64,000 bases of DNA from an uncultured Methanomicrobiaceae archaeon (lineage in GTDB: Archaea; Halobacteriota; Methanomicrobia; Methanomicrobiales; Methanoculleaceae). A model generated the notes under the pieces. That model made no database searches, was not told where the DNA came from, and saw nothing but the letters and a program-made list of their open reading frames with translations. Of this stretch, positions 32,975 through 42,596 are shown in pieces. Position numbers and translations under genes: made by a program. Position 1 is the first letter of the stretch, and each line of letters starts with the position of its first letter. Location: NCBI GenBank assembly GCA_963826525.1, contig CAWGXH010000003.1, positions 224,001 through 288,000 on the forward strand. The letters are read 5' to 3'.

Positions 32975-33331
32975 TCACTTCCTCTTCTGGATGCCAAGCC
33001 CGATAAGGACACGGTCTTTATCCGACATATCCCCGATCAGCTTCCGGAGGGGCAGGGGCAGCTGCTTGATGAGCGTGGGGGCCGCGACGACCTGGGCTTC
33101 CTGCGCCCGCTCGGGCTGCTGGTAGACGTCGATCACCTCGAGGTCGTAGCGCCCCGCAAGGTGCGTCTCGCAGATCTCCTTGATGTTCTCGATCGCCTTC
33201 TGCGATCGGGGAGTCATTCCCGTGATGTAGAGCCGCAGGATGTAGCGGGCATCCGTCCTCTCCAGCGCCAGCTCGAACTCGTCCGTGGCCGAACGCGGCT
33301 CCTCTGCTTCCCTGGTATCTCCATCTTTCAT
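32975..33331 (-). CDS. kaiB: Circadian clock KaiB family protein (second copy)
   Basis: YILRLYITGMTPRSQKAIENI..CE.HL.GRYDLEVIDV...VVAAPTLIKQLPLPLRKLIGDMS. Confidence 0.93.
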   Translation of the reverse strand: MKDGDTREAEEPRSATDEFELALERTDARYILRLYITGMTPRSQKAIENIKEICETHLAGRYDLEVIDVYQQPERAQEAQVVAAPTLIKQLPLPLRKLIGDMSDKDRVLIGLGIQKRK

Positions 33332-33363
33332 TGTGTAAGCTCCTCGGGGGTATCTCCCGTATT

Positions 33364-33674
33364 TTACCCCTTCGGCCGGATGTCCAGCCCGACGAGGACC
33401 TTCTCCTCATCCGAGAGGTCGCCGATGATCTTGCGCAGGGGCGGAGGCAGCCTCCTGACCAGCGTGGGGATGGCAAAGATCTGGTCGCCCTTGGCGAGCT
33501 TCGGGTGCTCGAGGAGATCGATCACCTCGATCGTATACCTCCCGGCGAGGTGCTCCTCGCACATCCTCTTTAAGTTGGCGAATGCGGCGAGCGACTTCGG
33601 GGTCTGCCCGGCGACGTAGAGCCGCAGTATGTATACCTCTCCGTTCTCATCCGGTCTGTTCTTGTTTCGGTCAT
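33364..33674 (-). CDS. kaiB: Circadian clock KaiB family protein (first copy; frameshift near 33655)
   Basis: GGAGGAG RBS then ATG 33674; shifted frame [39 protein letters not shown]...[23 protein letters not shown]. Confidence 0.92.
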
Positions 33675-33724
33675 TGCTCCTCCCGGTGATCCCTGGTGAA
33701 GAAACCTGCTTATCATTATCGGGA

Positions 33725-35432
33725 TCATCGGATCTTGCGCAGTCTCTTGATCGTCCGCGTGTCCGCTTCGATCACGCTCTGCCGGCGGTTCTCCGCCTGG
33801 ATCTGTTTCAGGACAGTCTCCTCCTGCGAGGCGAACTCGCCCTGCAGGGCTGCGATCCGGGCCTCCATGACGCTCCGTTGCCGCTCGAGCTCGCGCTGCC
33901 GGAACGCGATCTCCTCTCGTCTGGGCCTCGGCCTCCGCCTGTTCCTTCGCTTCCTGGACGAACCGGGCGGTGCCGAGGAACATCCCGCCGGGCCCGACGT
34001 AGACGTCGGTGAGATCGATGCCGTCGTCCGTGATCCGGTATTCGCGGATCTGGTTGGAATGCCCCATCCCCCGGGACTTCAGCACGTAGAGCCCGCGGTT
34101 GCGCTCCCCGACGGACTCGATATTCTGCAGCTGGATCAGGGTATCGATGAGCGAGGAGACGGCAAGGTCCGAGGGGGCTACCGCCTCCCGCGTGCGGATC
34201 AGGTGGGTGAAGAGCGCGGTGATCCCGTTCATCTTCAGGAAGTCGATCAGCCGCGTGAGCATGACCTTGACATCCCGCGTGCTCCCGATCGCGATGAGAT
34301 CGGTCAGGGGGTCGATCACGACGACCGCGGGCTGTTTCTGTCGGATCTCCTTGAGCATCATCACGAGGTGCATCTCGAGGCCGAACATCGTCGGCCGGGA
34401 GGAGCTGATCTCGAGAAGGCCGCTCTCGATGTGGGGCGCAAGGTCGATGCCGATCGACTGCATGTTGCGCACGATCTGGTTGGGAGACTCCTCGAAGGAG
34501 AAGTAGAGGCACTTTTCTCCCCGGAGGCAGGCGGCATGCATGAAGCTCGCCCCGAAACTGGTCTTGCCGGTGCCGGGCGTCCCCGTAATCATGATCGTGC
34601 TGCCGCGGTAGAATCCCTCTCCCTCGAGCATGGCATCGAGGCGCTCGACGCCGCTCGAGACCCGTTCATCGGTGACAGTGTGCGTCAGGGCCGTCGAGGT
34701 GATCGGCAGCACGGAGATCCCGGTCTCGTCGATCAGGAAGGGATACTCGTTGGTGCCGTGGACCGAACCGCGGTACTTCACCACCCGCAGGCGGCGCGTG
34801 GAGATCTGCTCGTCCACCCGGTGGTCGAGGAGGATCACGCAGTCCGAGATGTACTCCTCGAGGCCGTGGCGGGTCATGGTCGTATCGCCGCTCTCCCCGG
34901 TGACGACCGCGGTAACGCCTTTCTCCTTCAGCCAGAAGAAGAGCCGCCGGAGTTCGGCGCGAAGAATGCCGGTATTCGCAAGACCCGAGAAGAGCGACTC
35001 GATGGTGTCGAGGACGACTCTTTTCGCGCCGATGGAATCGATGGCGTAGGCGAGCCGGATGAAGAGCCCGTCGAGATCGAACTCCCCCGTCTCGATGATG
35101 TCGCTCCTCGATATCTCTACGTGGTCGATCGAGAGCAGATTCCTCTCCATGAGATCGGTCAGGTCGTAGCCGAGCGACGCGACGTTCTGGACGAGGTCCT
35201 CGGCCGACTCCTCGAAGGAGACGACGACGCCGGGTTCCCCGTACTCCAGCGCGCCGTGGATCAGAAACTCCATCCCGAGCAGGGTCTTGCCGGACCCCGC
35301 CCTCCCGACGACGAGGGTCGTACGCCCTCTCGGCAGACCGCCCCAGGTGACCTCGTCGAGACCCTGAATTCCTGTCGGACTTTTCGGCAACTCGATACGG
35401 GTCGATCTCCCTGGTTCTTCTCTGTCGTGCAT
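33725..35432 (-). CDS. kaiC: Circadian clock protein KaiC, double-domain, with C-terminal coiled coil (frameshift near 33920)
   Basis: Two Walker A motifs ([16 protein letters not shown]), FEES in both rings, [20 protein letters not shown] phospho-site, KYRG/KSRG fingers; corrected tail [27 protein letters not shown]...KRLRKIR*. Confidence 0.95.
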
Positions 35433-35851
35433 ATAAATCAGCAGTAAAAACCTATTGGATTTAACGGGCAATAAAACCCTCGTGAAGGCAAAGGCCGCGT
35501 CCCGGACGTTCTACGGACGTGCATGACGGGCTCCTATCCGGTGGTTACCACCTCTCCCGACGGGAGAGGGTATCCCGTCCCCGGGTATGCCCGATCCTTT
35601 TCCCTGCTTCGGCGGGGCGTGGGTGTTCCATACATATACGCTTTTCCGCCCGGTCTGCCGGGGGACGATTCTTTTACTGCAGGGCCGTGAGAAGGGGATG
35701 CCGGAGATGGGTCCCCTCTACGAATGATCTCTCTCCCGTGCATCTCCGACCCGTCCGGCACCTGGAGACGTGATAGCAGTGCGGTTCCCGCCGCTTCACG
35801 AGGCGGGGCAGCCGTCAATTTCCGGCCGGCCTCGAAGGTGAGATCGCCGGT

Positions 35852-37537
35852 TCAGGCGGCTCGTCTCTCCGGATTACCGTCCGCTGCTCTCTGGAGCGTG
35901 AACCGGAACGCCGCGCCTTCCTCCTGGTGACCCGGCACCCGGTCGTCGACCCAGATCGTTCCGCCGTAGCGCTCGACGAGGATCTGCACGAGGTACAGCC
36001 CGAGCCCTTCGCCGACGCCCCGCTTCTGCTGCTCGTACCGGTGGAAGATCGCATCCTTCTCAGCGTCCGGAACGCCGGGGCCGGTGTCCTCGACCGAGAC
36101 CCGGACGAACCCGTCTTCTTCTTCCACCCGGACGGCAACCTCGACATCGGGGCCGCCGTGCTTCACGGCGTTGCCGATAAGGTTGTCGAAGACCACGGAG
36201 AGGTAATCGTCTGTAAGGACCATATGGTGCGCCCCTTCGTAGCGGAGGGTGCTTCTGGATTCGCTCCCAATCATCCCCCTGATTGCCGCATCGAGATCCA
36301 CCGGTTTGAGCCTGGACGGTGCCCAATGGATCCGCCGGATGGTGGCGACGGTTCGGAGGATCTCGATGCTCTTTTGGACGCTGCGCTGCAATTTCTTCGC
36401 GTATCCGACTTCATCCCCCCTCCCCTGCAGGGACTCGATGAGCAGGTCGGCGTAGAGGTTCGAGACGTTCTCGGTGTTGCCGATATCGTGGGTGAGGATG
36501 TCGAGGTAGAGGTTTGCCTCCCGGTGAGCGCACGTAAGATCCCGGTTCAGACGGGCGAGCTCGTCGGTATGGCGCCGGAACGCTTCTTCGGCACGCTTGC
36601 GCTCGGTGATATCCTGGGTTATCCCGAAACCTCCAAGCAGCCCGCCGGCATCGTCAAACTCCAGGTACGCCTTCTCCCGCACCCATTTTACACGCCCGTC
36701 CACCAGAATGCGGTGCTCGATGTCGTAGGGCTCGCCGCAGAGTCCTGCCTTCCACCGGGTGTCTACATACTCCCGGTCATCGGGGTGGACGATCCCGAGG
36801 AAGGTCTCGTAGGTCAGCGGCGTCCCTCCGGGCACCCCGAAGATGCGGTAATTCTCGTCCGACCAGGTCAGGACGTTCCGGTCGATATCCAGCCGCCAGC
36901 TCCCGATCTGGCCGACAGTCTGGGCGTGGTCGAGGTCTTCCCGGCTCCGGCGCAGCGCCTCTTCTGCACGCTTCTGCTCGGTGATCTCCTCGGCAACGAT
37001 GCTGATCGCTATGATGTGCCCATGAGTATCCGTTACCGGCCACCAGGATTCACGCCAGTACCGAAGCACCCCGGGCTCAGCCGGTGTCTCCCCCCGGCTC
37101 TCGATATTGAGCACGGGTTTCCCCGTCTCAACAATCGTTCGGACGAGTTCTTCAGCCGCCTCTGCAAGATCCGGAACCAGCTCGCGGACGGTCTTACCGA
37201 GATGCTCCTCGATGGAGAACCTGTCCATCTCCGCAAACTGTCTGTTGACGTGCTGGTACCGGGTGTCCGTGCCAAGGAGACAGAGCCCGATCGGCGCCGA
37301 GGTATAGGCCGCCTCGATCTCAGCGAGCTGAGCATGCGCCTTCGCCTCGCTCTCCTGCAGGATTCTCTCAGCCCGGCGAAGCTCTGCATTCTCCCGCCGG
37401 AGTGCGTCGATCTCTTTCTGGAATTCTTTCACCCGCTCACGGACAAGCCGTTCTCCTTCGGTAGGAATATCCGGTATCTCCTCGTCGCTTCGAGCGGGTT
37501 CGGTCTTTTTCCGGGTGGTTCCTGGAGGCGTGGACAT
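35852..37537 (-). CDS. PAS-PAS histidine kinase
   Basis: Intact 561 aa; YLDILTHDIGN, NLIGNA, DTGPGVP, GEGLGLY. Confidence 0.92.
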   Translation of the reverse strand: MSTPPGTTRKKTEPARSDEEIPDIPTEGERLVRERVKEFQKEIDALRRENAELRRAERILQESEAKAHAQLAEIEAAYTSAPIGLCLLGTDTRYQHVNRQFAEMDRFSIEEHLGKTVRELVPDLAEAAEELVRTIVETGKPVLNIESRGETPAEPGVLRYWRESWWPVTDTHGHIIAISIVAEEITEQKRAEEALRRSREDLDHAQTVGQIGSWRLDIDRNVLTWSDENYRIFGVPGGTPLTYETFLGIVHPDDREYVDTRWKAGLCGEPYDIEHRILVDGRVKWVREKAYLEFDDAGGLLGGFGITQDITERKRAEEAFRRHTDELARLNRDLTCAHREANLYLDILTHDIGNTENVSNLYADLLIESLQGRGDEVGYAKKLQRSVQKSIEILRTVATIRRIHWAPSRLKPVDLDAAIRGMIGSESRSTLRYEGAHHMVLTDDYLSVVFDNLIGNAVKHGGPDVEVAVRVEEEDGFVRVSVEDTGPGVPDAEKDAIFHRYEQQKRGVGEGLGLYLVQILVERYGGTIWVDDRVPGHQEEGAAFRFTLQRAADGNPERRAA

Positions 37538-37726
37538 CTGAATCAGGGACTCCTTTCAAGAAAACGCCAATACGTTTCCCATCGTTGGTAATAGCGATGC
37601 TGAGAATGTGCGAAGTACGGATGGTCCTGTGCGGTGACAAGAGACATTTTGATGCATATGAATATCTTGGTCGGCAGAGAGAGTCGTGTTGCATCGGCCG
37701 GTGCCAGACTCGTTCATGGAGATCTC

Positions 37727-39340
37727 TCAGCTGTTTTGCCCGACCTTCCTGAGCCTGAATCTGAACGCCGCTCCCTCCTCCGGCCTGCCCGGCACCCGGT
37801 CGTCGACCCAGACCCTCCCGCCGTAGCGCTCGACGAGGGTACGGGTGAGGAAGAGCCCGAGCCCCTCGCCCCTCCCTTTGGCTCTGCCCCGTTCGAACCG
37901 GGTGAAGAGCAGCTCCTTCACTTCGTCCGGCACACCCGGGCCGGTGTCCTCGACCGAGATCAGCACTTCACCGTCCTGCATCTCCATCCGGATGGTAATC
38001 TCTACCTCAGCACCGCCGTACTTGACGGCGTTGCCGATGAGGTTCGTGAAGATTACCGGCAGAAGATTGTCCGCCAGCACCTCGACCGGCGAGCCGTCAT
38101 AGCAGATCGATGCTCCGGGGAAGTTTCCGATCTCCCCCCTGATGACCGCATCGAGGTTCACCGGCACCAGGTGGCCGGGTTCCTGCTGAATCCGCCGGAT
38201 GGTGGCGACGTTTCGGAGAATCTCGCTGCTCCGCTCGATGCTGTCGTGCAGTTTTCGGGCGTAGAGCCACTGATCGCCCGCAAGCAGTTCGACCAGGAGG
38301 TCGGCGTACATGCTCGAGACGTTGTTCGCGTTCCGGACGTCGTGGGTCATGATATCGAGGTACAGGTGCGCCTCGTCGCGTGCTGCTACGACTTCTTCGC
38401 TCTTCCGGGCGAGGTCGTCGGTGCGGCGCTGAAGTGCTTCTCCCGCCCTTTTGCGCTCGGTGATGTCGTTGTTGATCTCCATGACCGCGACCGGTTCCCC
38501 ATGCTCGTTCCGCTGCAGTGCCCAGCGGCTTGCCACCACGATCCGCCTGCCGTTCCGTGTGATCTGGACAAGCTCGCCTTCCCATCGCCCTATCCTATGG
38601 AGCTCTGCGCGAATCGCATCAGGTGGTTCCGGGAACGTCGTCTTCAGCAGTTCGGGCGCTTCTTTCCCCACCGCCTCCGCTGCCGACCACCCGTACTGCT
38701 CCTCCGCACCGCCGTTCCAGAAGGCGATCCGGTTGTCCATGTCAAGAACCATGATGGCATCGTGCGTGAGGTCGAGGAGCGCAGCCCGGGCTTGTGCGGC
38801 CTCTTCCGCCTGTTTCCTCCCGGTAATGTCGATCAGGGCGGCCTGGAACGTCGGCTCCTCTCCGGCCTTCGCCTCGACCAGCACCCAGGCGGACTCGTGT
38901 TCCCGCGTTGCCCGAAGCCGCACCTCGACCGTCTCTTTCCCGCCCTCCGCCCGCACCAGGTCACGGAATGCGGTGAAGTCCCGGATGCTCTCCCGCTCGA
39001 GGAAGAACTGGAGCTTCTGATTCGTGAGGGACGCCCGGGATTCCCCGAGCAGTGAAGCGGCCGCCAGGTTTGCTTCAAGGATCCGCCCGCCCGCATCCAG
39101 GGTGACGTAGCCGATGGGGGCGAAGTCGTAGAGGTCGCGGTACTTCTCCTCGGAGATCAGCAGGTCGTGCTGCAGCTCCTGCAGCGCCTCGTTCTGGAGC
39201 TCGAGCTCGACCTGGTGCACCTCGAGCTCGTGGCAGAGCCTCCGCACGTCCTGCTCCGGAAGGTGCCCGGCACGTCCCGTCTCTCGAACTTCGTCTTCGG
39301 CACGCCGCCGGAGGTTCGGGTCAGGTTTTCTGTCCTGCAT
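37727..39340 (-). CDS. PAS-PAS histidine kinase of the type typically encoded after CheB-CheR fusions
   Basis: N-terminal LRRRAE...HELEVHQVELELQNEAL..EKYRDLYDFAPIGY; H-box YLDIMTHDVRN; 10 bp after the CheBR stop. Confidence 0.92.
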   Translation of the reverse strand: MQDRKPDPNLRRRAEDEVRETGRAGHLPEQDVRRLCHELEVHQVELELQNEALQELQHDLLISEEKYRDLYDFAPIGYVTLDAGGRILEANLAAASLLGESRASLTNQKLQFFLERESIRDFTAFRDLVRAEGGKETVEVRLRATREHESAWVLVEAKAGEEPTFQAALIDITGRKQAEEAAQARAALLDLTHDAIMVLDMDNRIAFWNGGAEEQYGWSAAEAVGKEAPELLKTTFPEPPDAIRAELHRIGRWEGELVQITRNGRRIVVASRWALQRNEHGEPVAVMEINNDITERKRAGEALQRRTDDLARKSEEVVAARDEAHLYLDIMTHDVRNANNVSSMYADLLVELLAGDQWLYARKLHDSIERSSEILRNVATIRRIQQEPGHLVPVNLDAVIRGEIGNFPGASICYDGSPVEVLADNLLPVIFTNLIGNAVKYGGAEVEITIRMEMQDGEVLISVEDTGPGVPDEVKELLFTRFERGRAKGRGEGLGLFLTRTLVERYGGRVWVDDRVPGRPEEGAAFRFRLRKVGQNS

Positions 39341-39350
39341 GATTGCCAGC

Positions 39351-42324
39351 TCAGTCGGGGGTGGTCTCTACGCGGGTCTCGCCGTGTTCCGCTTCCGATC
39401 GCCCGGTGACGTCTTCGATGGCGAGCAGGATCAGGTCGGCCCCTGTCTCCGACGCGATCCGCCGTGCGTTGAGGCGCATCTTCTTCTGCCCGATCTCCGG
39501 GAAGTCGTGCTCCATCTCGAACCCTTCAAACTGCTTTTCCTTGGGGAGGATCTCCTCAAGGAGTTCATGCAGTCGTGGGATATCCCACTGCCGGTTGCCA
39601 AGGTTGAAGATCACATTTCCTTCGGTTCCCTGCGGGGTGACCCGAAACGTCCGGTAAAACGAATTATTCGCCGAGATGACTGTAAAATCGCTGTTCAGCA
39701 CGACGAGCGGCTCCCTGATGGCCTCAACGATATTCTCGGCGTAGATGCGGGCTTCTGTGAGCTGCGTTTCGAGTTCCTTGATCGATGTGATCTCCGCGAA
39801 TGTGGCGACGATACCGTCGATACGGTCATTCGATGTCCGGTAGGGGAGGATGCGCATCTGGTACCACTTCCCTTCCGTGGTTCGCACCTGCTTCTCCACG
39901 GAGTTGAGTGTCTCGAGTGCCCTCCTGGCATCCTCGACGAACGTCCCGTCCTGTATGTTGATGACCAGATCGGCGACCGGCCTGCCGAGGTCGGTCGACC
40001 GCAGGTTGATGATCTCTTTGACGGGCTCGGTGAACCGGCGCACCTGGAGGTTTCTGTCCAGGAAGAGCATGGCAAGCTCGGAGCTCCGGAGAAGGTTCCG
40101 CATATCGTCGGTGGTGCTGGAGAGCTCGTCGATCTTGGCCTGGAGTTCGGTGTTCACCGTGAGGAGCTCCTCGTTGAGCGACTGCAGTTCCTCTTTTGAG
40201 GTGGTCAGCTCCTCGTTGGTGCTCTGCAGTTCTTCGTTGGTGCTCTGCAGCTCCTCGTTCATCGTCTTCTGCTCCTCCTGCGAGGCCTGCATCTCTTCGA
40301 CCGTGTTCTGGAGCTGCGATCTGGCATAGGTGAGCTCCGCGTTCAAGTTCGCGGTACCGGGCGTCGTCCTGCCGCTCACCCGTCTCTTCGGCTGCCTGTG
40401 GTGTCTCCGTCTCCTCGATATCCTCAAAAGCGATCATGAAGAGGTCTTCCGCTCCGGGAGAGCGTTCGATCGGTGCGACCGTCAGGCGTATCTGCTGGGT
40501 GCTGCCGTTTGTCTTCACGGAGACGTGTTCGATGACGCTCTCTCTCTTCTCCCGCTTTGCGGAACGGAGGGATGCGACCAGCGGATAACTGAGCCCCTCC
40601 CGGGCCATTGCATAGATGTTCAGGTTCGCTTTGCCCGAAGACGGTTCCAGGTACTTCCCGGTTTTGCCGTGGAAGTATGCGATGTCTCCGTTCTCGTTGA
40701 CGATGACCGAAGGAGGGACAAACCGGTTGATCAGTATCCGGGGTGCGAGTTCTTCGATGGAAGCGGGATGCCTCTGCTCGCGAATGCCGGTGCCGCCGAC
40801 TGAATGCGGGGCGAAGGAGACAGGGATATCGATCCGGTCGATGACGGGGGCGGACGTCTCCCGCCGCCGGTAGATCTTCCACCTGCTGTCCACAGTCCTG
40901 AAAAGTTCGCCGTAGCTGCCGATCGTCTCCGCCGTCCCGAGGAAGAGCGTTCCGCCGGGCTTGAGCGTGTAGTGGAAGAGGGGAATGAGCTTCTTCTGCA
41001 GCTCCGGCGCGAGGTAAATGAGCAGGTTTCTGCAGGAGAGGATGTCGAGGTGTGTGAATGGGGGGTCGGCGATGAGGTTCTGCCGGGCGAAGATGACGTT
41101 CTCGCGGATCTCCTGGCGGATCCGATAGTGGTCGCCCTCGTTGTCGAAGAACCTTTCCAGGCGTTTTGGGGATACGTCCGCCGCGATGGCGGCGATATAC
41201 CTCCCCCGCCGGGCGATCTCGATGGCCTCCTGGTCAAGGTCGGTTGCGAAGATCTGGTACTTGACCTCGCCGTGGCGGTTCAGGGTCTCCAGGCACTCGT
41301 GCAGCACCATTGCTATGGAGTAGGCCTCCTCGCCGGTCGAACATCCCGGCACCCAGACCCGGATCACACCCCCCTCCGGCGCGCTCTCGGCGATGCTGCG
41401 GATCGCTTTCTCCCGGAAGGCCTCCCATGCCTCGGGGTCGCGGAAGAACCGGGTTACGCCGATGAGCAGCTCCTTTGCAATGATCTCGATCTCGGTGGGG
41501 TTCTCCCGGAGGTACCTGACGTAGTCCTCGATCCGGGTCAACTGGTGCAGTCCCATGCGGCGTTCGATCCGCCGCTGGATCGTGCTCCGCTTGTACATCG
41601 AGAAGTCCTGGCCGGTCCGTGACCGGATGATGACGAAGACCTTCTTCAAACTGTCTTCCATCGTTTTCGTCGAGACCCCCGGTCTCCCGGCGATGGTATC
41701 GGCGGAATGGACGAATTTAATGAGCAGATCGGGGAGTTCCTCTACCGGCGCGGCGTAGTCGGCAAGCCCGGTGGCGATGGCGTTCTCCGGCATACTCCCG
41801 TACTGTGCGGAGTGGGGTTCCTGTACCAGCACGGTTCCCATCCGTTCTTTGATAGCCCGGATGCCCAGGGTGCCGTCGTGACCCATCCCGGAGAGAACAA
41901 TGCCGACGGCTTTGCCGTCCTGGTCATCGGCAAGGTGGCGAAAGAAGAGGTCGATAGGTGTCCGACTCGTCCGTGTTGCCACCGGTTCCAGGAGGGTGAG
42001 GCTGCCGTGCAGGATGGCGAGGTCGGCGTTCGCCGGTTTGACGTAGACGGAGTTCGGCCTGACCGCCATGCCGTCTTCGGCCCAGATCACCGGCATTTCA
42101 GTGGCCCGCTGGATGAGCTCCGGGAGCATGCCTTTGTGCTCCGGATCCATGTGCGTGACCAGCACGAATGCCATCCCTGTATCCGGCGGCATATGGGTGA
42201 AAAACTGTTCGAGCGCCTGCAGCCCTCCTGCGGAAGCCCCGATCCCGACGATGGCGCGGGGCGCCGCTTCGTCGGGCAGGCCTTCGGATGCGTGCGTATT
42301 TGTGCTCTCCGTATTCTGCGTCAT
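39351..42324 (-). CDS. CheB methylesterase-CheR methyltransferase-coiled-coil-PAS fusion (frameshift near 40340)
   Basis: ORFs 39826-42324 + 39351-40427; CheB triad GASAGG/THMDP/SGMGHDG; CheR WVPGCSTGEEAYS, ATDLD, SCRNLLIY; EELQSTNEELQSTNEEL heptads; PAS domains. Confidence 0.92.
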
Positions 42325-42596
42325 CGATCGTCCCCTAAAAAAATCCGCCGAAGGTTTCTATCCCTTCGCCCTCCACCGTCGCCGGTGGGCGAGGGTGGTG
42401 CCGGGTTGGTATATATGTCAAGAGTAGGTGGCCGATGCTTCATTAACTCTTCGTTCGCGCCGCACCTCTTCCCCGAAATGCGGATGGCCGAAACAGCATC
42501 CGTTTCGGGAAGGAGAAACGAGAACCGGTCACCACCCGCCGCGTGGGTGAACGCCACCCAAAGCGTTTTAACTTCTACAGAGGCAATATGTCTCCT

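Noticed and set aside
40140-40300. 21-bp periodic DNA repeat
   Set aside because: Coding heptads (EELQSTN) of the CheBR coiled coil, not an independent element.
39351-42324. A chemotaxis operon
   Set aside because: No cheA, cheW, cheY, MCP or archaellum genes in the window; this is the stand-alone CheB-CheR fusion class.
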